From Pyrinomonadaceae bacterium (lineage in GTDB: Bacteria > Acidobacteriota > Blastocatellia > Pyrinomonadales > Pyrinomonadaceae), in contig JBKBYA010000001.1 of assembly GCA_046313635.1 (NCBI GenBank), forward strand, positions 439,836 to 503,835: a DNA stretch of 64,000 nucleotides. The letters are read 5' to 3'. The notes beneath the pieces were generated by a model, which saw only the letters and a program-made list of their open reading frames with translations, was not told the DNA's origin and did not search any database. Numbering within the stretch: the first letter of the stretch is position 1; each line of letters starts with the position of its first letter. Positions 38,251 to 48,673 of the stretch are shown piece after piece. Made by a program: the position numbers and the translations under genes.

Positions 38251-39408
38251 CTACGTTCCCGCGGCCCCGGCCATGTTTCGACGCGCCTCGTCGATCACCT
38301 TTTCATAAAACGCGATGTACTGCGGGATGACGATCTCGGTCGCGTAACGCTGCACGGCGAGCTCGCGGCCGCGGCGGCCGAATTCGCGGCACAGCTCGTC
38401 GCACGAGAGCAGGCGGATCGCGTCGTCGGCCATCTTTTCGGTATCGCCGACGTCGCTCAGATATCCGCTCTCGCCGTCGTTCACGACCTCGGGTATGCCG
38501 CCGATGCGCGTCGCGATGACCGGCACCTCGCACGCCTGCGCCTCGAGCGCCGCGAGACCGAAAGATTCTAATTCGGACGGCAGCAAAAACAGGTCGGAGA
38601 TGCCGAGATAGTCGGGAATATTCGCCTGCTTGCCGACGAAGACGACGTCGTTGGCGACGCCGAGCTTTTCGGCGCGGTAGCGGCAGGCGGTGAGCTCGGG
38701 GCCGTCGCCGACCATGACGAGGCGCGAATTTGCGATCTCACGCTTTACCCGTGCAAATATCTCGACGCAGTCGGCCGGGCGCTTAACTGCGCGAAAGTTA
38801 GAGACGTGCGTCAGCAGCCTTTCGCCATTCGGCGCGAGATCCGACTTGAGCCGCGACTCGTCGATCCGCCGATAGTGCTTTGGGCAGATGAAGTTTGGTA
38901 TCACCTCGACCTCGTCAAAGTCGAAGGTCTCGATCGTCGCCTTTTGCAGAAACTTTGAAACGGCCGTCACGCCGTCAGACTGCTGCAGCGCGTAGCGCGT
39001 GATCGGCAGATACGAGCGGTCTGCTCCGACGAGCGTAATGTCGGTGCCGTGCAGCGTCGTAATGACCGGGACGCAGCGTTTTTGCTTGATCGACTCGCGC
39101 GCGAGTATCGCCGAGATCGAATGCGGTATCGCATAATGAACGTGCAGCAGGTCGAGCTTTTCGGCCCGCGCGACCGTGGCCATTTTGGTCGCGAGCGCGA
39201 GGTCGTACGGCTGATGCTCAAACAGCGGATACGTCATCATCTCGACCTCGTGAAAGTGAACGCGCTCATTCAGCTCCGTGACGCGCGTCGGCAAAACGGA
39301 CGAGATGAAATGCACGTTGTGCCCGCGCTCCGCCAACTCGCGCCCAAGCTCGGAACCGACGATCCCGCTGCCGCCATAGGTCGGATATACCGTGATGCCG
39401 ATGTTCAT
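38251..39408 (-). CDS. bshA: N-acetyl-alpha-D-glucosaminyl L-malate synthase BshA
   Basis: YPTYGGSG, HVHYAIPH, TTLHGTD, HVSNFR and ESFGLAALEA motifs. Confidence 0.92.
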   Translation of the reverse strand: MNIGITVYPTYGGSGIVGSELGRELAERGHNVHFISSVLPTRVTELNERVHFHEVEMMTYPLFEHQPYDLALATKMATVARAEKLDLLHVHYAIPHSISAILARESIKQKRCVPVITTLHGTDITLVGADRSYLPITRYALQQSDGVTAVSKFLQKATIETFDFDEVEVIPNFICPKHYRRIDESRLKSDLAPNGERLLTHVSNFRAVKRPADCVEIFARVKREIANSRLVMVGDGPELTACRYRAEKLGVANDVVFVGKQANIPDYLGISDLFLLPSELESFGLAALEAQACEVPVIATRIGGIPEVVNDGESGYLSDVGDTEKMADDAIRLLSCDELCREFGRRGRELAVQRYATEIVIPQYIAFYEKVIDEARRNMAGAAGT

Positions 39409-39416
39409 CAGGTTCT

Positions 39417-39759
39417 AGTCTAGCGAGTCTGGAGAGTCTGTCGAGTCGGGAGAGTCCGGCAAGTCTGTCGAGTCGATATAGTCTATCGAGAGTCTATCGA
39501 GTCTATCGGGTCGATATAGTCTATCGAGTCTATCGAGACGATTCCCTACACAGACTCCGACCGACTCGACCGACTCGACAGACTCCGACCGACTCGACAG
39601 ACTCCGACCGACTCCGACCGACTCGACAGACTCCGACCGACTCGACAGACTCGACAGACTCGACAGACCCGACAGACTCGACAGACTCGACAGACTCGAC
39701 AGACTCGACAGACCCGACAGACTCGACCGACTCGACAGACTCGACCGACTCGCTAGACT
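39417..39759. repeat. Palindromic 9-mer tandem array (GAGTCTATC-like arm, GACTCGACA-like arm) with 13-bp terminal inverted repeat
   Basis: Ends are AGTCTAGCGAGTC (39417-39429) and GACTCGCTAGACT (39747-39759); opposed arms around a short spacer near 39540. Confidence 0.92.
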
Positions 39760-41024
39760 TTCCTCCTGACGAAGTAGACAACGCCCTTGTTGTCGTCCGT
39801 AAAGAGAAACGAATTTGCATCGAGCTTGATGATGTCGCAGGGGCGGCCCATGACGACGCCTCGCTGTAGGAAGCCGGTGATGAGGTCGCGCAGCCGTTCG
39901 CCCTTTCGCATCGCGACGATCTTGTATCCGCGGCCGATCGCCTTGTTGGTCGAGCCGTGAAGCGAAACGAGAAAGGCGTTGCGGATCGCGTCGGGCGAAT
40001 CGTCGCCAAAACGATCGAACCCGAGCGCCGAGCTGCGTGCCGGGAAATACGCGTATGGCGGCGGCACGCCTCGGCACCCGCCGGCTCGTTTGAATTTCGG
40101 GTCGGCGACGACACGCCCATTCGACGAATGACAATACGGCCATCCATAGTCGACCAGGTCAGAACCGTCCGCGTAAGCGGGCGGGCTCTTCGGCCTCGGC
40201 GCACCGACAACCTCCGGCCCGACGCCGTCAGCCGTATTCCTCTTCAATGCGTAAAACGTCTCATCCGGCCTCTGCAGCCCCAGATGGTCCGAGCCCTGAT
40301 TCGTCGCAAACAGAACGCTGCCGATCCATTTCAGCCCGACCGCGTTGCGCAGGCCGCGGGCGATGATCCGCTGAGCGGTGCCGTCCGCGTTCATTTCGAT
40401 CACGGTTGCGCGGACCTCCTCTTTTTCGACGCACGCGTTGCAGCTCGAGCCGACCGAGACGTAGAGCTTGCCGCCCGGCCCGAACGCGATCGTGCGCGTC
40501 AGGTGCCAGCCGCCGTACTTGTAACTGAGGCCGTAGTCGGGAAACGTCGCGAGCGTCTGCGGCGACGCGTCGGTCGGCCGCGTCTCGCCGAGCGTGAATC
40601 TGCGGCGCGTGAGTTTCTCGGTCTCGGCGATGTAGATCCAGTGTTGACCGCTCGCGTCGCGATAGAACTGCACGCTGTTCGGATTGTGCAGGCCGGTCAT
40701 GTACGGAATGACCTTGCCGAATTTCCCGGCGTCGGCGTCCCATTCGTCGAGAATGTAGATCGCGCCTCGGCGGTTGTCGGTCAGGTCGTGCATGTCCGTG
40801 ACAAAGATGCGCCCGTCCGGGGCCTTTGCAAAAAAGCGCACGCGCCTGAGTCCCTCGGCCGCCGGTATGACCTCAAAGCCCTCTGCGACATTCAGCGTGA
40901 AGCTCTTTTTGTTTTTGAGCTCGATCCGCTGCGGCACAAGGCGCGTCTGCGCGGCAGCGAGCGAAGCGGCGACGAAGACCAAAACTGAAACTGCGGCGGC
41001 GCGGCAAAATAAAATTCCCGACAT
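39753..41024 (-). CDS. PQQ-dependent sugar/sorbosone dehydrogenase family protein
   Basis: Signal peptide; H.TRTIAFGP.GKLYVSVGSSCN, GLRNAVG, DYGWPYC and GRP.D motifs. Confidence 0.85.
   Translation of the reverse strand: MSGILFCRAAAVSVLVFVAASLAAAQTRLVPQRIELKNKKSFTLNVAEGFEVIPAAEGLRRVRFFAKAPDGRIFVTDMHDLTDNRRGAIYILDEWDADAGKFGKVIPYMTGLHNPNSVQFYRDASGQHWIYIAETEKLTRRRFTLGETRPTDASPQTLATFPDYGLSYKYGGWHLTRTIAFGPGGKLYVSVGSSCNACVEKEEVRATVIEMNADGTAQRIIARGLRNAVGLKWIGSVLFATNQGSDHLGLQRPDETFYALKRNTADGVGPEVVGAPRPKSPPAYADGSDLVDYGWPYCHSSNGRVVADPKFKRAGGCRGVPPPYAYFPARSSALGFDRFGDDSPDAIRNAFLVSLHGSTNKAIGRGYKIVAMRKGERLRDLITGFLQRGVVMGRPCDIIKLDANSFLFTDDNKGVVYFVRRKV
40158..40190 (+). repeat. GTCAG-hairpin REP-like unit inside the dehydrogenase CDS
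   Basis: GTCAGAACCGTCCGCGTAAGCGGGCGGGCTCTT, near-identical to the copies at 48198-48673. Confidence 0.85.
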
Positions 41025-41083
41025 ACGCCGGGAATTCTAAACGAGGCCGCAAATTTTGCGATAGTCGGCAACGAGCGTGGCCG

Positions 41084-41341
41084 TTAATCGCTTTCGATCT
41101 CGATGCCGTGCCTGCCGGCCGCTCGTTTGATGCGCTGCTTGATCAGCTTGACCTCGTCGCCCTCGTACTTGGCCGCGTTATCGCGGTGATTGATGTAGCT
41201 CCACGCGGCGCGGATGTGCTCGTCGGTGTCGATCGGATATTTTTTGTTTACCGGATCGGCAAACTGCGCGTCGCCGTACTCGCGTTCGCCGTCCTTTGGA
41301 TCGACGTCGTCGCGGCGATGGATCGTCGTACTCTCTGCCAT
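41084..41341 (-). CDS. DUF6582-like small protein
   Basis: YGD..FADPVNKKYPIDT.EHIRAAWSYIN motif; GGAGG RBS. Confidence 0.8.
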   Translation of the reverse strand: MAESTTIHRRDDVDPKDGEREYGDAQFADPVNKKYPIDTDEHIRAAWSYINHRDNAAKYEGDEVKLIKQRIKRAAGRHGIEIESD

Positions 41342-41362
41342 CGTTGATGCCTCCGTTTCAAT

Positions 41363-42007
41363 TTACTTTTTGACGCTCGACTGCAGCTTGCGGGCCTCGT
41401 CGAGATGATGCTTGAGCGTGGGCAGCGTCCTGGCCGCAAAGTCGCGGCCCGGCTGATCGGCCGAGTCCTGCGCCTTTGCTTCAAAGAGCGCGATCGTCTC
41501 CTCGTGGTCCTGCACCATCGCGTCGGCGTACGCCGCGTCAAACTCGGCGCCGCTGAGCGACTGCAGCCGCTGCATCACGGCCTGGTGCTTGGCGTCGACA
41601 GCGGTCGGCAGCGTCACGCCTTTTTGCTGAGCGACGGCCTTCAGCTCGTCGTTGGCCTTGCCGTGATCGTTCACCATCATCGCGGCAAACTGCTTCGCCG
41701 CGGCGTTGGACGCTTTTGTCTGCGCGAGTCGCCCGAGCTCGACCTCGGCCATTCCGCCCTGCGCCGCCTTGACGTAAAAGTCGTTCTGGCCCGCCGCGGC
41801 CGAATTGCTGTTCGCGTCAGCCGGATACGGATTGAGCGTGCCCGAGCCGGCGGCCATCGTGTTGCCCGGGTCTGGACTCGCCAGAGAATTCTTTTTGACC
41901 TGCGAGTTTGAGCTGTGGTCGGCCGAGTCGTCCATCACTCCTTTGCCGCATGCCGAGAGCACCCATACAAGCAGCGTCACCGCGAAAAAGATCTTGAATT
42001 TGGTCAT
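41363..42007 (-). CDS. DUF4142 domain lipoprotein
   Basis: LSAC lipobox; AAQGGMAEVELG, FA.MMV.DH and LPTL.HHL motifs. Confidence 0.88.
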   Translation of the reverse strand: MTKFKIFFAVTLLVWVLSACGKGVMDDSADHSSNSQVKKNSLASPDPGNTMAAGSGTLNPYPADANSNSAAAGQNDFYVKAAQGGMAEVELGRLAQTKASNAAAKQFAAMMVNDHGKANDELKAVAQQKGVTLPTAVDAKHQAVMQRLQSLSGAEFDAAYADAMVQDHEETIALFEAKAQDSADQPGRDFAARTLPTLKHHLDEARKLQSSVKK

Positions 42008-42086
42008 AGCATTTTCCCCTCGTTCGTTTGTCGAGCTCGCACCGCAGACCGAACGGCTCGAGCTGATCGGCGCCTGAAACTCCGCC

Positions 42087-42129
42087 AAAAAAACAAAGCA
42101 TGCGCCGGCCTCAGGCCGACCGGCGCATG
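42087..42129 (-). terminator. Rho-independent terminator after the BON-domain gene
   Basis: CATGCGCCGG...CCGGCGCATG stem followed by a T-tract on the minus strand. Confidence 0.7.
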
Positions 42130-42145
42130 TCGCTGTCAGCGTCGA

Positions 42146-43405
42146 TCACGAGCCGGCGGATCTGCCGCGTCCGCGGCCGGTCGACGAAGTGCCTTTGGTG
42201 CCGGACGTTCCGGTCGTCGAACTTGGGACCGCATTCATCGAGCCGGTGTTTCCCGTGTCGACGGCGCTTGACGTGCCGGCAACGCCGAGATCGCTTGTCG
42301 CGCCCGTGCCGGACATTTTGTCGCCGCCCGACGCGGCGGACGAACCCGTGGTCGACGTCCCGGTCGCCGAAGCGCCGGTCATTCCGCCCGCATAACTCGA
42401 TGAGCCCGAATAGCCGCTCGACGACTGATCGCGGTTGACGCGGATGCGGTTCTCGACATTCTTCACGCCCGAGACCTCCTCGGCGATGTCCTCGGCCATT
42501 CGCTTGGCGTAGCGGCTCTCGACGGTGCCGGTCAGCACGACGTCGCCGCCGCTGACCTCGACGTCGATGTCCGAAGCGTCGATCAGGTGACTGTCGGTCA
42601 GACGGTCGTTGATGTCCTCCTTGATGCGCTCGTCAGACCGGCTGTAGTTTCGCGGCCCGCGTCCGCGGAAGGACTGCCGCTGCGAATAGCGGTCGCGATC
42701 GCGATAGCTCTCGTCCTCGCCGCCAAACCAAGACGAGACCTCGTCGCCGAGCCGCTCAAAGAATCCGCGCTCGTCGTCGCGGCGATCGTCGCGTTCGTAA
42801 GACGATCCGCCGCGCGTGCCGTAGCCGCGCTCGTATTCGCTGCGGTCATAACTGCCTCGGCCGTAGTTGCCGCCCCCGTAACCGCTCCAGCCGCCCTGGC
42901 CGCGGGTGCCGCGTTCGTCGCGTTCGTAGCCCTGATATCCGCCGCCGGTATAGCCGCCGAACCCGCCGCCAAACATACCGCCGGCCGGGCCGCTGTAGGT
43001 GCCGCCGCCCGTCTCGCTGCCGTAGTCCTCGCGGTCGTAATCGCCGCGGTCGTAGCCGCTCATGCTCTCGTAGCCGCCGCGGCTGCCGGCAGCGCCGCGA
43101 CGCTCGCGGTCGCCGTAGCCGCGCCCGCGGCGCTCGCTCGTCGAGCCGCCGCCCGAGCCGTACTCGCCTGTCCATTCGGCATTGTCGCGGCCGGTGCGGC
43201 CAGTGCCGCTGTAGCCGCCGCCGTACTGCTGGCGGCCGCTGCCAAAGTAATTCTCCTCGCGGCCGTACTCAGAGAGGTCGCCCCGATCGCTGCCGCCAAA
43301 GCCGCGCTCGAACGACGCCCGGTAGCGGTCGATATTGCGCTCGCCGCCGTTGCCGCGGCGGTCACGCCCGCGTGAATGATCACGATCCTCGTATCTGCTT
43401 GCCAT
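42146..43405 (-). CDS. BON domain protein with SWFG motif and long G/R/Y-rich low-complexity region
   Basis: DEVSSWFG, GRGPRNYSRSDERIKEDI and VSGVKNVENRIRV motifs; GGAGG RBS. Confidence 0.9.
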   Translation of the reverse strand: MASRYEDRDHSRGRDRRGNGGERNIDRYRASFERGFGGSDRGDLSEYGREENYFGSGRQQYGGGYSGTGRTGRDNAEWTGEYGSGGGSTSERRGRGYGDRERRGAAGSRGGYESMSGYDRGDYDREDYGSETGGGTYSGPAGGMFGGGFGGYTGGGYQGYERDERGTRGQGGWSGYGGGNYGRGSYDRSEYERGYGTRGGSSYERDDRRDDERGFFERLGDEVSSWFGGEDESYRDRDRYSQRQSFRGRGPRNYSRSDERIKEDINDRLTDSHLIDASDIDVEVSGGDVVLTGTVESRYAKRMAEDIAEEVSGVKNVENRIRVNRDQSSSGYSGSSSYAGGMTGASATGTSTTGSSAASGGDKMSGTGATSDLGVAGTSSAVDTGNTGSMNAVPSSTTGTSGTKGTSSTGRGRGRSAGS

Positions 43406-43437
43406 AATTGCTTACCTCCTTGTCTGCTGTTCCCTGT

Positions 43438-43462
43438 AAAAAATGCCGGACGGCGTCCGGCG
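43438..43462 (-). terminator. Possible terminator between the SRPBCC and BON genes
   Basis: GCCGGAC-GCC-GTCCGGC followed by ATTTTTT on the minus strand. Confidence 0.5.
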
Positions 43463-43568
43463 CCGGTCAGCCGAGACGCCTGCCGGCGATCGACGGCACT
43501 GCCTGCCGTAACGGCTGTCAACGTCGGTCGTCGGTGCTGATCTCAAGCTCTGTCAAATATCTCCCCGG

Positions 43569-44858
43569 TCAATGCACGCGATCGGACCTGCGGCGATCGA
43601 ACGCGAGCGGCCGTGCCGCGTCGCGCGGCGCCTGCCCGGTCTCGAGCATCGTCTTCATCCGCATAAGATCCTCGTCCATCTCCGATCCGGGGTCGGCGCC
43701 GAAGAGCCTCGCCACCGCGTGCCCGAGCGCTCCCGCGGGCGGGTTGTAGCTCAGGTGTACCGATACCTCGGTCGCGCCGCCGTCGGCGGGCTCAAAGACG
43801 ACGTAACCGGCATTCTCGACCGTCGAGCCCTCGACCGACCGCCAGGCGATCAGCTCGTTCTGCACGGTGCGTGTGATCTCGGCGTCCCACTCGACCGGTA
43901 TGCCCGCAGGCCCGGCGACGCGCCACCGCGAACGCCCGCCGCCGAGATCGCGGATCTCGAGGACGTTGGACATGAACCTAGGGAAATTCTCAAAGTGCGA
44001 CCACAGCGCAAACAGTACGTCGACCGGCGCATCGACGGTGATCGACTTGTCGATGGTGACCGCGCTGCGGCCGGCGCCGATGCCCGTAAGCCTCCGCATA
44101 TCGGTATTGGTCAGGCTGCGGGCGACGAGAGCCGCGCCCACCGCGCCGAGACCGAGCCCAAAGGCGGCCGCACCCAATCGTGCCGCGGGCGACCAATTTG
44201 CCTGCATCAGCTCCCACCGCTCGCCCTCGCGGCGCGGGCCGCCCTGCAGCTCTGCGTCGCCGCCCGCGGTGTCGTGCGTCTCGAGCCGGTTATCGATGCC
44301 GCCGACGCCGCGTACTTTATGCACCGTAGAGAGCAGTGCCGGCAGTTCGCTCTCGGGCACACGCCCCTCGAGCGTGACGGCGCCGTCACGCGCGGTCACA
44401 CGCACCGCGGACGGATGCGAGACCACGCGGCCCAACTTTGAACGCACGCGGGCCTCGAGCACCTGGTCCGAGGGGTCGTCGCTGGTGAAGAGCCGCGTCG
44501 CGCCTGCCCACACGCCGCGTGCCCTGTTTGAAAGGTCGCGTGCCGTCACGCCCGCCGCATCGGGCAGGCCCGTGGCGAGACTCGAGAGCTTGTCGCTCAA
44601 GACCGCACGGCGGCGCCCGCCGCGGTTCGGGTCCAAAAGGAACATCGCGGCGGCCCCGGCGCCGATGCCGAGCAGCCCGGCAAGCAGGCCGTCGAACGCA
44701 GGGTCATCGCGTCGCGCCGGTGCCGTGTGCTTGACGGACCGGCGCGGCGCGGCCGGCCGCGGCGCCGCTAAATGCCGCGGGTCGTCGAGGGCCGCGGCGT
44801 TGGCGTTGGGCCGCGGTTCACTCGTGCTCTTGCTCGTTCGTAATTGTTCGTTATTCAT
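43569..44858 (-). CDS. BON + SRPBCC (polyketide cyclase-like) domain protein
   Basis: FLLDPNRGGRRRA, BON (ARVRSKLGR...HP), and FENFPRFM...SRW...WDAEIT...YNPPAG motifs. Confidence 0.88.
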   Translation of the reverse strand: MNNEQLRTSKSTSEPRPNANAAALDDPRHLAAPRPAAPRRSVKHTAPARRDDPAFDGLLAGLLGIGAGAAAMFLLDPNRGGRRRAVLSDKLSSLATGLPDAAGVTARDLSNRARGVWAGATRLFTSDDPSDQVLEARVRSKLGRVVSHPSAVRVTARDGAVTLEGRVPESELPALLSTVHKVRGVGGIDNRLETHDTAGGDAELQGGPRREGERWELMQANWSPAARLGAAAFGLGLGAVGAALVARSLTNTDMRRLTGIGAGRSAVTIDKSITVDAPVDVLFALWSHFENFPRFMSNVLEIRDLGGGRSRWRVAGPAGIPVEWDAEITRTVQNELIAWRSVEGSTVENAGYVVFEPADGGATEVSVHLSYNPPAGALGHAVARLFGADPGSEMDEDLMRMKTMLETGQAPRDAARPLAFDRRRSDRVH

Positions 44859-45078
44859 AATTCCTTACCTCTCGATCCGAACTGTCCTGTTGAATAGGCC
44901 TGCCGCCGAGGGCGCCGGCATGGACGCCGCGCGTCCGGCCGCCGCATATATACGCATATATAAAGGCGTAGCCCTGCCCGTCCGCATCGATGGCAGACAG
45001 GCCCTCCGGCGTACGATGCGGTCGCGCCTTTATGCTCCGCACCAAATCGATTCAAACATTCTGGGGAAAACAAGAGGT

Positions 45079-45094
45079 TGCAAGACGGGTGCCA
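45079..45094 (-). promoter_or_regulatory. Consensus sigma-54 promoter of the SRPBCC/BON cluster
   Basis: Minus strand TGGCAC-CCGTC-TTGCA. Confidence 0.8.
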
Positions 45095-45239
45095 GTCGGA
45101 GGAGCCGGCGCGCGCCTCGCGCTCAGCAAGAACGCCGGCGACGCGACGGCCGCAGCTCGAGTTGTGAGCGCTCGAGGGCGGGCCGTGCGGTCCGGCGTCG
45201 GTTAAAGTTGCCCGGCCGCACGGGCCGAGGCGCTGACGG

Positions 45240-45563
45240 CTAGCGTTCGGTATTGCCGTTGCGGTTGCCGGTGTTGCCGGCGCCGCGGTTGACGTTCGAG
45301 GTATTCATGTTGCCGCGGTTCATATTGCCCGTGCTCATGTTCCCCGTGTTGGTGCCCATGTTGGTCGAGGTGGACATGTTCGAGTTCATCGTCGTGTTCG
45401 AATTTACGGTCGTCGAAGTGTTGGTGTTCATCATCGACGAGTTCATATTCGAGTTTATGTTTGCGTTGCGGTTGGTATTCGAATTGTTCGCGGTCTCACC
45501 GCCGCAGCCGAACGTGCCGGCCGCCAAGAGTCCCGAGATTGCTGCGATAGCGATTCTTTTCAT
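45240..45563 (-). CDS. Small Asn/Thr/Met-rich lipoprotein
   Basis: TFGC lipobox, AGGAG RBS, low-complexity mature region. Confidence 0.75.
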   Translation of the reverse strand: MKRIAIAAISGLLAAGTFGCGGETANNSNTNRNANINSNMNSSMMNTNTSTTVNSNTTMNSNMSTSTNMGTNTGNMSTGNMNRGNMNTSNVNRGAGNTGNRNGNTER

Positions 45564-45870
45564 ACTTTCTCTCCTGTTTTTAAGGCCGTCGCGTCGCCCG
45601 CGCTGCCGGACGTCGGCGATGCGGGCTGCGAACCGGCCTGGATGTTTGTCACTGAACTGATCTTTTGGATCTGAACGCCTATGATCTGGTCGGACCCCGG
45701 CCGGCTGCGGCGGATCTATCGCGTGAGCCGCGCGGCAAGCCCTCTGTCTCGAACTTCTTAAGCGTCTGTAGATGCTACGTCAACGAGAAGCCGGTGAGTG
45801 TATGCGGCGTTACAAAGGCGGCGACGCGGGCCCCGACCCGGCAGAGACCGCGGCCGCGGGCCGCCGGCGA

Positions 45871-45899
45871 TTGAGATTGGCGTCGGCAAGGACTACGAT
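45871..45899 (+). promoter_or_regulatory. Sigma-70 promoter of thiC
   Basis: TTGAGA-N17-TACGAT just upstream of the riboswitch. Confidence 0.7.
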
Positions 45900-45911
45900 T
45901 TAACAACAGCA

Positions 45912-48193
<2,282 letters not shown>

Positions 48194-48197
48194 CCAA

Positions 48198-48673
48198 GTC
48201 AGAACCGCCCTGCGTAAGCGGGCGGGCTCTTGCGCCTCAGTCCCGCAGTTCCCGCCAAATGTCAGAACCGCCCCGCGTAAGCGGGCGGGCTCTTGCGCCG
48301 CGGTCCCGCTAAATACGCGAAAAGGCGCGAAAGGCAAGAGAAAGATCCAGCCGCGGATAAACGCGGATGGCGCGGATCGGGTGGGCTCCGCCAAGTCAGA
48401 ACCGCCCTGCGTAAGCGGGCGGGCTCTTGCGCCGCGGTCCCGCAGTGCCCGCTAGATGCGCGAAAAGGCGCGAAAGGCAAGAGAAAGATCCAGCCCCGGA
48501 AAAACGCGGATGGCGCGGATCCGGAAGGATCAAGAAAAGCATTTATTCTCTTATCCGCGCCATCGGCGTTATCTGCGGCAAAGGTCTTACTGCTTTTGCG
48601 CCTTTTTGTGCCTTTCGCGGGCAGTTCCTGACAACGGCTCAAGAGCCCGCCCGCTTACGCGGGTGGTTTTGAC
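48198..48673. repeat. REP-like cluster: three direct and one inverted GTCAG-hairpin units enclosing nested inverted repeats
   Basis: GTCAGAACCGCCCYGCGTAAGCGGGCGGGCTCTTG at 48198, 48261 and 48395; inverted copy at 48640-48673. Confidence 0.92.

Noticed and set aside
39417..39759. CRISPR array
   Set aside because: Contiguous 9-mers without unique spacers, and no cas genes
39415..40210. ORFs 39415-40143 and 39530-40210 with SVE/LSS repeats
   Set aside because: Open only because of the 9-mer period and overlap the dehydrogenase in other frames
48198..48673. CRISPR array
   Set aside because: Intervals are unequal and repeat each other, one copy is inverted, and there are no cas genes
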